This document shows positions 1 through 11,339 of a stretch of 64,000 nucleotides of DNA, one piece after another. The DNA is from Octopus sinensis (Eukaryota). The notes beneath the pieces are model-generated. The model saw nothing but the letters and a program-made list of their open reading frames with translations. It was not told the origin of the DNA and did no database searches. Position 1 is the stretch's first letter. The number at the start of each line of letters is the position of its first letter. The DNA lies in the NCBI RefSeq assembly GCF_006345805.1, contig NC_042998.1:51212001-51276000 (forward strand), in the 5' to 3' direction. A program made the translations under genes and the position numbers.

Positions 1-177
1 CATCCACCAAGATAGAATTAATATCCTAAAACCATCTTGGTAAATGTTTGTATGTGCGAAGGTCTTCCCCACCTCAATTCTCATTGCCCTGTCAAGTTTC
101 ATCTATATTACATTCCTTAACACTCATCACTTCCTTATCTCAGGTATTATTTAACTACCACAATCACCTGAGAGCAG

Positions 178-400
178 ATATGACTTGACTTGACTTGACA
201 GCATTCACCCTGGGTGGGTTGAGCTGGCTTCATTCATCCTCAATGCTGCATCTCTCACAAATGCCGACCAGGTCTGGCAATTTGAGGCTAACAACCGCGT
301 GATCTCCAGCCACTCCTTATTCCAGCGGTGAACGCCGTAGATATGGGGGCCTAGGTTGGGTTCCAGATAAGCCTTGACTGTCATCAGCCAGGTTTTTTCT
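178..400 (-). mobile_element. RTE/RTEX-like LINE 3' end with (AAGTC)n tail
   Basis: Minus strand translates ...TWSAFVRDAALRMNEASSTHPG* followed by a CAAGT/AAGTC repeat tail (tgacttgacttgac at 180-198 on +), resembling an RTE-clade C-terminus. Confidence 0.5.
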
Positions 401-622
401 TGTCCTTCAAATATTCTTCATGTATATTGCAGATATGGCACATACTACATCCCCTCCCTTTTGTTACCTTTGTCTTTCCTCCCCCACTCCAGAACCACTT
501 CCATTCCTCATAATCTTCCTCCAGCCATGTTCTCTCTTTTCTGCCATATTCCATCATCCATGCATAACACCTCTTTTATCACACAGCCTTGTCCACAGTA
601 AGTTCTTACATTTATATATGTG

Positions 623-662
<40 letters not shown>

Positions 663-751
663 CATATATATATATATATACATAAACATATATATGTATA
701 TATATATACACACACATATTATACATATAGATATAGACATAGATATATAGA

Positions 752-1007
752 TATAGACAACTTATAAATAAATGTGAAGGGACAAAATTACATATTTACC
801 GCTGATGACGAGAAAATTCTTTATGAATTAACTCAGAAATCGGACCAATTCGGTAATAACAGAATTTTTTAGAAATTTCTGTCAGCTTGCTTCGAGACAG
901 ATGATGAATTAATTATATGTGGTCGTTAACGATTATTTAAAGTCTTTTCTCAGCATGTTAGGCATCGAAATGTTTTTCTTTTGCCATTATTTATAAGTTG
1001 TTTATAA
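752..1007. repeat. Inverted pair of diverged Penelope-type terminal fragments next to (TA)n
   Basis: tatagacaacttataaataa (752-771) is the reverse complement of ttatttataagttgtttata (~988-1007); weaker homology continues inward; HHR-like core CTGATGA at 802-808. Confidence 0.5.
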
Positions 1008-1300
1008 ATTTCACCTTAAAAGGTATTTTTTAATATGCTAGCCACTGACAAAATTTTTTGAAATGTTATCTATATTAGATGATATATATAGATATGCATA
1101 CACACACACACACACATATGGTGCTGATGCCAAATAAAAAGCACCCAGTCCACTCTGTAAAGTGGTTGGTCTTAGAAGGTGCATCCAGCACTTGGAGCAA
1201 TCCTCTAGCTTACCAACTGTTCAGCTGATGCTAGCATGAAAGATGGACATTAAATGACGACGATGATGATGATATATATGAGTATGTGTGTGAGTGTATA

Positions 1301-1342
<42 letters not shown>

Positions 1343-1435
1343 TAAATTCATATATATATATATATATATACACACATAAATTCATATATATATATATATA
1401 TATATACATATAAATATATCTGTGTGTGTGTGTGT

Positions 1436-1471
<36 letters not shown>

Positions 1472-2464
1472 CGTGTGTGTGTATTTCTATAGACATGTGT
1501 GTTCATGATGTGAATGATGTGTGTAAATGCTAGCAGTAGATAAATAATTAGATAATTAGAAAGAAAAAAGAAAGAAAGAATGAAAGAGAGGGACCAGCAG
1601 ACAAATAGCCAGACACAGACCGAATATGTTGACATGTTATGAAAAAGAAATAATCACTTTCCCAGACGTTTTAAAATGAATTCATAAATTTTTCATCTCA
1701 GCCTAATAAGAAAAATGTGATCTGAATTCTGTCTGAGTTGGGTTTGACTTTCAACCAGACATTGAAAGTGAAACTCATCAATTGCTCCAAGGAAAAAAGA
1801 AATATTAAAGATCACTTTCATGTATATTGCTTGTCCTTTGATTTCAGTTTTTTTTTTTTTCTTCCTTACGAACAAAAAGAAACAAATTCTCTCCTTAGTT
1901 CTCAGCAGGATTTTATTTCCAGAAGCAAATTTAACTCTATTAGTATCAAAAATATTTTTCTTTCAAATTTAATTTTTTTTGTGTGTGTGTATGTCTTTTC
2001 TTATATTTTTTTTTGTGATTTCTTTCATTTTTTTTTTCATATTTCGAGAGAAAAATGAAGTAATATTAGCTTTTTTGATATTCAATTAGCTAACAAAAAT
2101 ATATAAATAAATTAAATATTCATAGCATTTTATTTATTTTTACTTTTGTTGTTGAATCAGTCAAAGAATAATTCACCAGATAATAGACCATAATCATTGC
2201 CAAGAATATAGTACTCATCCTGCCACCCAATATTTTTCTACTTTTCATGTTTTCTATATTTTTCTTTTTTTTCTTACTTTCTTTGGAGCAAACAAAAAAA
2301 ATGTCTCCTTTCTTACTTTAGCTTTCTCAAACATATTGAATAAGTCTTGCAACAATTTAATTAATCTCAGCTGAGAAGTTGTAAGGTTTGTACATATATG
2401 TCCATCCTTAGAAAATGAATAAAATAATATTTTATACACTTCATAAGAATATTACTACTCAACT

Positions 2465-2780
2465 AAGGTGGCAAGCTGGCAGAATCATAAGTACACTAGG
2501 TTTAATGCTTAGGGACATTTTGTCTGTCTTTATGATCTGGGTTCAAATTCTGCCATGGTCGACTTTACCTTTCAGCCTTTCAGGTCAATAAAATAAGTAC
2601 CAGTTGAGCACTGGGGTTGATGTAATTGAGTTACCCACTCCCTCAAAATTTCTAGCCTTTCATCTTTTCAAGGTCCATGAAATGAGTACCAGTTGAACAC
2701 TGGGATCAATATTATCAACTTACTCCCTCCCTTGAAATCACTGGTCTTGCACCAAAATTTGAAACCAATATGAATGTGCT
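2465..2780 (+). mobile_element. SINE-A (tRNA-derived) plus tandem partial core copy
   Basis: ggcaagctggcagaatc...gggttcaaattc (B-box-like)...gtcgactttacctttc...aataagtaccagttgagcactgggg; a second core copy lies at ~2655-2775. Other SINE-A copies or fragments: 4530-4655(+), 22295-22500(-), 29190-29420(+), 30465-30672(-), 31540-31690(+), 44270-44445(+), 58515-58750(-), 61980-62590(-). Confidence 0.75.
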
Positions 2781-3204
2781 AAATATTTAAAATGTGTTAT
2801 TTCTATGAAAATTAGAATAAGGATTTTGTGTAAAAGTTCTTTTTTTTATATAATTTTATAATTTTTTTTTAGAACAATCAAAGAGCAAAGCGCTCCTCAT
2901 GAACACAGGTTCATGAGATGGTTGTGATCTGTAATTTCACAACCATCAGAGTGCAAAGCACTCTTCACAACCACAGGTTCATGAGATGGTTGTGATCTGT
3001 CAACAGTTTTTCGTAGCAGCCGGAAAGAGAAGCATGACCATGCAATGTGCATATGCACACTGAATTTATAAAACAGAAGAGAAGAATGAAAATGCAATGC
3101 ACATGTCAAAATAGAATGGAAGAGAAAAATAAGAACACAATGTCAAACAAAATATATGATGGTCTGCATGCCATGTCTGACATAACTATTACGCAGCTTT
3201 GCTA

Positions 3205-3422
3205 CAATTTTCTTGTTGGTACCTTTATGGTGTGCTTAGGAGATAACACTGAGATGCTGAAAGAATTGAATATATCAACCCCTTAGACTCTATGGTGCCA
3301 ATTATCTATAAATGTGGAAAAATGCATATGTTTACACTTAAACATTGACAATCTAAATTATTATTATCAAATAAAATAAAACACAATATCCTTGAAGCAT
3401 TCTGAAAAAAAATAGATCTTAA
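3205..3422. repeat. ~215-bp segment with an inverted copy at ~5170-5385
   Basis: taccttTatggtgtgcttaggagataac...aatatccttgaagcattctgaaaaaaatagatctt aligns to the reverse complement of 5170-5385 at roughly 80% identity by eye. Confidence 0.75.
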
Positions 3423-5489
3423 TATCAAGGACCTCGAGGCAGTGATGATGGACTGAGCATTGTGGGCTGGAACCTAGCCATAATAATAATGTTGTTATTG
3501 TTGCTGTTGTTTTTATTTTTATTGGTGGTGGCAGTGATGTTTTTGATGGCAGCTTCAGCAGCAGTGAAGGTGATGATGATGGTGATGATGATGCACATAT
3601 TAATATAAACTGAACTATGTTCATGACACATAGAGAGTAAACTTTCAGCAAACAATTAAATTTTATAGCTCGGTGAGATCGATGCTTTGTCAGGGGAAAT
3701 TTAGAAAGAATGATGAACAAAATAACTTCAGTATTTATAGATACCTTGCTACATTAGCCAACCATCTATAAATGGAGAGTGGAAACTTCTCAACAATGCT
3801 TCTGATCAGCTTAAGTATAAATCAAATTGTAAAAGAAATCAAACAATATTCTACCACAAGAAGTTAAAACTTTAGCTCACAGTTGTGATTGCTGAACGTT
3901 AATTTTGTAAACAGAGTTTTATTTTAATTGAAATGAAAACATACCCTGTGAGTAACAGATTTAGCAAAGCTTTCCATACAATAACTCAGTATACTGACAT
4001 CCCAACACTAATATTGATCAATATTTCAAACTGTTCCAGAATTACATATAGATGTATAACACATACATTCGTAAAGACACAGACAAATACATACATGCAC
4101 ATAAACAAATGCACGTACATACGTATGTGTGTGAGATAGAGAGAGAACACCAGTAAGGGGCAGTTGAATAAAAACTGATGAATTGAAGGAAAAACAATAA
4201 TATAATTAGAAATATGCCATCGTATACAAAGGTGGACTAAACCAGTTTGTCCCTTAAGCATTTGATAAAAGAATGACTAGAAAATATTGAGGTTGAGATT
4301 ATCAGCTAAAACCATTGACAGCAGCATGGCTACAGTTCAAAGACTGAAACTAGAGAAAAAAAATTTAAGGAAATATTGTTTAAGCTTATCCAAATCTTTC
4401 TTCATATTCAATATATTTCTATTCAATTTTGTAAAAAGCTTTATATTCACTTTTGAGTTTTTATTCTTTTTTTGTTTATATCTAATAATAAATCCCTGAA
4501 ATTACACAGTCAATCATAATGCAATTTGTCTACCAGGCAGAATAGTTAGCACAACAGGCAAAATGCTTAGCAGCATTTTATCTGTCTGTATGTTCTAAGT
4601 TCAAATTCCACCAGGGTCAACATTGCCTTTCATACATTCGGGGTTGATAAAATAAGCTTGCTCTAAATAAAACATCTTAATTTGCTTGGATCTTGCTTGA
4701 GATGGATTGATAAAATAGATGTTGTTCTGCCATTGGTAAAACAGCATCTAAATTAACAATCCTTTTAAGCTTATTGCATTTGATAAAATCCTATGATTTC
4801 AACTTTGTTATGGTTGACTTTTCTTATTGTTATCTTGTGCACATACAATAATATCACTTCTCCATTGGAGGAGATCATAAAGCAGATGGGAGCATTTAAA
4901 GACTAACTTCATACAGTAAAAACCTTTATGTTGCAATAAATTTGATAGGTTTCCTTTTCTCATTTTCAAAAAGAATTGCAGTTTGATTATATGTCATCTT
5001 AAAACAATGTACTGTATTTGAGCTGTAGTCACTCCAAAGTTTTACAGACTGTTTTCCATTATCAATTTGAAACAGTCAGCTTACTATTCTGAGAATGGTG
5101 TTAAAATGTTTTCATTGTAATCGTAATACTTTACAATAGCACATATGTTTTAATAACAGATCACAATAAGATCTATTTTTCTCAGACAGCTTCCAGGATA
5201 TTGTATTTTATTTCATTTGATAAGAATAATTCAGATTGTCAATGTTTAAATGTAAACATATGTATTTTACCACATTCATAGATAATTGGCACCAAAGAGA
5301 CTAGGCAGTTGATATATTCAATTCTTTCAGGATCCTATTGTTATCTCCAAAGCATACCATAAAGGTATCAGCAAATATTATAGAAGTTTAAAAACACAAA
5401 AGAAAACTTTTACACAGAACCCTTATTCTAATCTTTATAGAAATAACATATTTTGAATATTTAATACATTCATTTTGGAAACTAGATTT

Positions 5490-5990
5490 AAGTCACAACT
5501 CAGTTAAAAACAAAGAAAAACATGCTTGTGAAAAATTCTCCATCAGGTGACAGGATTAAATTCCCAATACAACTGCACTTGAGAGAGTTAATATGTCAAA
5601 CGTGTGCATTCCTAAGTAAATTCCAAGTGTGGTGGGGTGGACATCTAGAGTACATGTTCAACTCCAGACACCCTAAACAAATTTTCTTTGGTGAAGAAGC
5701 AGTTGGCTCTCAGTTGCATGAAGGACCAAAAAAGAGATACAAATATACACTTTAGCCAACCGTGGAAAAGTGTAACTTAGAGCAGTCTACCTGGTTACAC
5801 CTTACTCAAGATCACTTACTGTGGAATAGTGCTGTGTACTCACAAGTACAGCACCTAGAGTCAGAAATGATCGGAGAAACTAAAAAGAGGAGGGCTGATA
5901 GAATGCAAGAATCCAACCGGATCCTAAATCTGTAACCATGGATTTCATGCCAAAGTATAAATCTGGTCAACTTCAGAGTCATGAAGATCA
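5490..5990 (+). mobile_element. Decayed RTE (BovB-type) LINE 3' coding fragment
   Basis: Frameshifted translation QD*IPNTTALERVNM...WGGHLEYMFNSRHPKQIFFGE...GPKKRYKYTL...TWLHLTQDHLLW matches the RTE C-terminal pattern WQDxIPNxxVL/RWxGHVxRM/RxPKQxxYGEL/KKRYKD. Confidence 0.7.
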
Positions 5991-6069
5991 AGCATCATTT
6001 ATCAGTTCTTTTGTGAGTGTTTTAAGCTGAATTTTAGATTTGTTACATCATCAATGATTGTTACATCTT

Positions 6070-7575
6070 TTCATCATCATCATCATCATATAACATCCTC
6101 TTTCCAGGCTGGTATGAGTTGGATGGTTTGACTGAGGGCTGGCGAGCCAGAAGGCTCCAATCTGATCTGGCAAAGTTTCTATAGCTGGATGCTTTTCCTA
6201 ATGCCAACCACTCTGAGAGTGTAGTGGGTGCTTTTACATGCCACCGGCACAAAGGCCAGTCAGGCAGTACTGACATTAGTCATGCTCAAATGGTACTTTT
6301 TATGTACCACCTGCACAGGAGCCAGTCCAGTGGCACTGGCAACGAACATGCTTGAATGGTGCTTTTTTTTTTATGTGCCACCAGCACAGGAGTGAGTCAG
6401 CAGCCCTGGCAACGATCACGCTCAAATGGTGCTTTTAACGTTCCACTGGCATGGGTGCCAATCAGGCAGTACTGTCATTGGCTACAACAGCGATTTCACT
6501 TGCTTCAACAGGTCTTTGCAAGCATAGTTTATTGTCCAATAATTGAAGGGTACTCTTAAATGGGCTGGTTATACAGCACTGGTACAGACCACAGTTATGG
6601 TCTCACTTAGCTTGTCAGGTCTTCTCAAGCACAGTATATCTCCAAAGAGCTCAGTCACTAGTCATTGCCTTGGTGAGGCCCAATGTTTGAAGTTCATGCT
6701 TCATCACCTCATCCCAGGTCTTCCTGTGTCTACCTCTTCCACAGGTTCCCTCAACTGCTAGGATGTGACACTTTTTCACACGACTGTCCTCATCCATTCA
6801 CAACACATGACCATACCAGCCCAGTCATCTCTCTTGCACACCACATCTGATGCTTCTTTAGTCCAACTTTTCTCTCAGGACGCTTACACTCTGTCGAGTA
6901 AGCACACTGACATTACACATCCAGTGGAGCATACTGGCGTCATTCCTTATAAGATTACACATGTCCTCAGCAGTCACAGCCTATGCTTCACTGCCATGCA
7001 TAGCTCTTCACACACATGCATCATACAATCTACCTTTTACTCTGAGCAAGAGGCCCTTTGTCACCAGCAGAGGTAAGATCTTTCTGAACTTCACCCAGGT
7101 TATCCTTACTCTAGTAGCTACACTTTCAGAGCATCCACCCCCCCACCCCCCCACTGACTTGGTAGTGGAAGCTATCAACTATTTGCAGTTTTTCCCCCTG
7201 GAATGTGACGGATGCTGTTTGCTGCATTTGCCACATACAAAAACTATCTTCTCAGTTAGCCTTCCTTTGATATTGCTGCACCTGTGTCCATAGCCTACAC
7301 TGGGCACATCTTACAGAGTTTCTACCTATGCCTTTTCAACAGATCAAGCAGGGCCGTCTACCTGAAGGGATTTGTGGTTTGTCAGCCTTCCTACTTATGA
7401 AGACTTTGGTTTTTGCTAGGTTGACTCTAAGGTCCATCGATTCTAATCCGTGCTTCCACACCTGAAACTTCTCTAGTTCTGATAGTGACTCAGCAATTAG
7501 AGCAAGGTCATAAGCATAGAGAAGCTCCCAGGGGCATCCTGTCTTGAATTCCTCTGTTATTGTACTTGATATTGT
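6070..7575 (-). mobile_element. RTE-clade LINE (RTE-P), 5'-truncated: RT C-terminal half with PHD-finger insert, 3' UTR and (ATG)n tail
   Basis: Minus strand: ITEEFKTGCPWELLYAYDLALIAES (7504-7560), VNLAKTKV, Cys-rich insert at 7205-7360, GGCSESVATRVRITWVKFR, KGRLYDACV, GWYGHVL, GRGRHRKTWDEV, LWRYTVLEKT. The UTR with ~60-bp repeats follows, ending at (CAT)n on + at ~6070-6090. Multiple stops and frameshifts. Confidence 0.9.
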
Positions 7576-8182
7576 AATGCCAAAAACATTCTCTGAAATT
7601 CCTTATTTAGATTCATCTAATAGTTATCTAAGTTGCAGTGCTTTTAGTAGGTAGCCAGCCAATCTTTCACTAATTTTTCCATATTAATCATAAACTTTCA
7701 ATTATTGTTGTTCAGGGTATATTTTTATTAACCTGTATTTTCAGAATTTCACAAGGTGCAGCCCATTTTCTTGTGACCCTTTTAGTTTCTGTACAAAATT
7801 ATTCTCAGCACTGACTTCATTACCTTTCAATTTAGCCACATACTTTAAAAATCTTCCTTCATTCCAGCTCATTGGTGTACTTATCTAGGACATTTAGTCT
7901 TTTACAACTGCCATTAGTCTCTCATGATGTAATATTAAAAGATCAGCATTCTTTTTACCTTCTATATGGAGAAAAATCATTTTAACTGGCCTTCAAAGAA
8001 GCCAAGTAACTTCATATCATCCATTTAGCCTTGCTACAGAATTTCAATAAAACATATTAATAGGATTTACTGCTTTTTCTATTTCTGTCCAAGGAAAATC
8101 CTGAGATTCATAGACTCTCATTTTATTTATTCAAATCTACAGAGATCCTTACATCTGTCTAATTACTCTAAACATTTTCAGT

Positions 8183-8497
8183 CATTGTTGTTGCTCCGAA
8201 TGTAGCCGATGCCACCGCCACTTTGACTGGTGTCTGTGCCAGTGGCACGTAAAAAGCACCAACCGATCATGGCCATTGCCAGCCACCTCTGGCCCCTGTA
8301 CCGGTGGGATGTAAAAAGCACCCACTACACTCACTGAGTGGTTGGCGTTAGGGAAGGCATCCAGCTGTAGAAATACTGCCAGATCAGACTGGAGCCTGGT
8401 GCAGCCACCTAGCTTCCCAGACCCCAGTTGAACCATCCAACCCATGCTAGCATGGAAAACAAACGTTAAACGATGATGATGATGATGATGATGATGT
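8183..8497 (+). mobile_element. RTE-P 3' UTR fragment with (ATG)n tail
   Basis: ggcacgtaaaaagcacc repeats then gagtggttggcgttagggaaggcatccagctgtagaaa...aacccatgctagcatggaaa...aaacgatgatgatg. Same family at 1120-1272(+), 18710-18975(+), 19350-19810(-), 22520-22745(-), 26140-26650(-), 31740-31900(+), 33970-34110(-), 56484-56768(+, includes ORF end LGLTKAMT), 63780-64000(-). Confidence 0.85.
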
Positions 8498-8499
8498 TA

Positions 8500-8720
8500 T
8501 TGTTGTTTGGCCCCAGACTAGTCTCAGTGAAGCAGATCTGTGATCAGAGGCATTAGAACAGTAATCATCCTACCTTTGCTTAAGATTTTACGCATCAGAT
8601 ACTTTGTTATCCTGGGTACAAATGTCTCCTTTACATTAGAACTCATTAGTGTGTGATTAAAGCAAGAGTTGGCTGGTATGTTTTAGCAGATTGAACGATG
8701 ACATAGAGACTTCTCACTTT
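8500..8720 (+). repeat. Dispersed repeat family E (SINE/LINE-tail-like, unclassified)
   Basis: gcagatctgtgatcagaggcatt...atcatcc...gtgtgattaaagcaagagttggctggtatgttttagcag; related segments at ~9065-9200(+), 41640-41700(-), 43000-43300(-), 49490-49660(-), 63480-63680(-). Confidence 0.55.
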
Positions 8721-9033
8721 AGAATTGTCTGTCCTCTGTAAAATAGCACTCTTATATTCTGTTACTGGTTTCAGTTGCTGGACTGAGACAATACTGGAGT
8801 ATCAATTTGACTGGTTTGGATCATCAAAATGACCCAGGATTTATTTTGAACCTAGTATTTATTCTATCAGTATTGTTGCCAATATGGTAATCATCTTTAG
8901 TTGTCAAGTGATGAAAGACAAACACAAACGTATTCAAACCCACAAGCATATCTGTCTGTCTCTAGCCATCTATCTATCTATTTATCTATCAAATATATAT
9001 TTACACACATACACACACGCATGCACGTGCACA

Positions 9034-9064
<31 letters not shown>

Positions 9065-9727
9065 TGCAAGGTATCATATATCAAATACTACATTATCCTG
9101 GGTACATGTCTCTTTTAGATTAGAAGAGAGTACCGTGTGATTAAAGGTAGAGTTAGTTGGTATTTTCAGAAAATTGAGTGATGATGTAGCCCTCTCTCTT
9201 TGGAGTTACCAATTATATATATTTGATACATAATTCTCTTACTATATACATATATATACAGGGTGCAATGAATAAGCTGTCATGTAAATTACGCAAAAAT
9301 ATCTTACAGCTGTTTCAGCTGTAAGATATTTTCCCAATTTCTATTCCTGTATGTTATATATTTTAATAATTACTTTATATATATATAATCTTGATATATT
9401 TTATACATAAAGCTTAATATGTTATACATGTATTTATATTCCTGTAATTGTCATTTTAGTAAATAGATAAATTGACATAATATAATGTCTAAAAGTTGAT
9501 GAACCACCTATTGATCCCCTCCATTTTATTATTGCTCTATAAATTATTGGTAAAATAACTCTTTACTCTCACCCATTTAGTACACTTGATAATGTAATTG
9601 CAATGCAATAAAAAACACTTATGTATAATTAATTGGGTATTTCACAAGCAGTATATTGGATAGATATTATCCCTTAGTTGGTTGAATTCACAACCTCTAA
9701 CTTTCTTGAAATATATATATATATATA

Positions 9728-9838
9728 TATATACGCTGAAGAGAAAAGAAGTTTCGGTAAGATAGAATTATTTAATATTTAATATTTAATTCTTATGCTT
9801 TCCTAAAAACTTGATTTCGAAACGTACGTCCGTAGATA
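9728..9838 (+). ncRNA. Type-I hammerhead ribozyme (Penelope-terminus type) with long stem II
   Basis: Stem I tacg(9732-9735)/cgta(9831-9834); core CTGAAGA 9736-9742; stem II gaaa...tttc (9743-9818) with inner helices aagttt/aaactt and agaatta/taattct; GAAA 9819-9822; palindromic stem III a-cgtacg-t; GTC triplet 9828-9830. Confidence 0.85.
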
Positions 9839-10086
9839 ACTTAAAAATGTATGATAGATTGCCGTCAATTCATTCTCTCTTACCTGTTTGTGTCTGCCTT
9901 CCAATTGCTGTTTTTACTGAGATCTCCCTTTTTAGTAGAAGAAATAGCTATAACTCTTTGACTGCTATTTCTAAATTCGGTATGTGGTAAGGCAATTCAT
10001 TGCTAAACCCTTTATTGCTTAGTACTATATATATATATATATATTAATGTTTTCAAATATGAATTAGAAGTAGCTTGAGTGTTGTA

Positions 10087-11095
10087 AACAATATCAAATG
10101 CACGTTCATAATGTGTGTGCTTTGCTGGTCATTTGTCAGCTGTGATTTGAAGCATTGGAGATGACTCTCTCAAAGTGTCTGGTGTTAAAACACCTGAAAT
10201 TCTTTGCGTGGACAGGATGCCAAATGCACTTTTGCTGAGGGACAAGAAGCCAAAGTCAAGAAGCCAAATGCACACAATGCTGAATGAACATAAACCCAAA
10301 CAGACACAATCCCAAACAGACATAAAGCAGAACCAACACAATAATAAGAAAAAACATTCCTACCTACATAGTTTAATGACTAATTCATCAATTTGGCACT
10401 TAAGATTTAACGAGATTAAATTTTTAACTTTTGTATGTCTTTTCGGCATCTTGTCCATTCAACTTTTGTGTCCATTTGGCATTGTGTCCAATCAGCTTCT
10501 TGGCTTCAGCTTCTAGTCCTTCAGCAAAAGTGCATTCGGCATCTCATCCATGTACCTAAAATTCAGTCATAGACAGGTGAAACAACTCACACCAAGTTCC
10601 ATTCATGAGCAATAGCCATTGATGTTTTGTCGTTTTTGTGATTTATCAACATCATGTACCTGGACTGAGCCGAATGCAAATTGAATAGCCTGTCCATGAC
10701 TTTATGTAAAATGGTGTAAGAACCATTTGCCTGAATGGTGCATATGAGCTGCTTCTAATTTGTATTTGAATTTATTCCCATGTATGCATCATCCAGGCAT
10801 ACCAGCAGATGGTTCTTACATCATTTTACATAAAGTCATGGACAGGCTATTGAATTTCCATCGGGCTCAGTTCAAGTACATGATTAGGTAAATCTCAAAA
10901 ATGACAAAACATCAATGTCCATTGCTCCTGAGCAGAACTTGGTGTGAGTTCTCTCACCTGTTTATGACTGTCTTTCAGGTGCTTTAACACCTGGTGCTTT
11001 GAGAGAGTCATCTCCAATGCCTTAAACTGTGGCTGATCTATGAACTAACAAAGCACATACATTGTGTACATGTGTTCCATATATTAATGTTTGTT
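10087..11095. mobile_element. Branched fold-back (MITE-like) element: outer stem enclosing two inner hairpins
   Basis: Outer arms ~10105-10200 / ~10970-11065 (gcattggagatgactctctcaaag); inner hairpin B ~10205-10325 / ~10430-10550 (gatgccaaatgcacttttgctga); inner hairpin C ~10565-10745 / ~10795-10970 (aatagcctgtccatgactttatgtaaaatg). Confidence 0.85.
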
Positions 11096-11339
11096 TTTAT
11101 GTTCCTTTATAATAAAAACAAGTTTACATTAATCTGATGGGTTACCCTACACTTTTGTAGAATATAGATTTATTATTCTTATGCAAGAATGTTGTTGACA
11201 GTGACTTCAAAGCTTTGGCCACCTACGCCATCATCAGATTTATATATATATTGTTGTATTTGGGGACGGTCATGTTGCCAGTTTAGCCAGTAAAAACACA
11301 TGCACTGTATATTTGGTGTTCACTTGCTTCAGCTTTATT

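Noticed and set aside
360-400. Hammerhead at ctgatga-cag...ctg-gaac (minus strand)
   Set aside because: Position 15.1 is C and there is no stem III or UH; probably chance within LINE coding sequence.
5331-5364. 34-bp micro-exon with good AG/GT sites
   Set aside because: It lies inside the inverted duplicate segment and has no supporting neighbouring exons; such sites are common by chance.
7740-7990. Minus-strand exon candidate
   Set aside because: All three frames are closed between the candidate acceptor and donor.
11205-11245. Second hammerhead (minus strand ctgatgatggc...gccaaagc)
   Set aside because: GAAA is incomplete and stem I does not pair.
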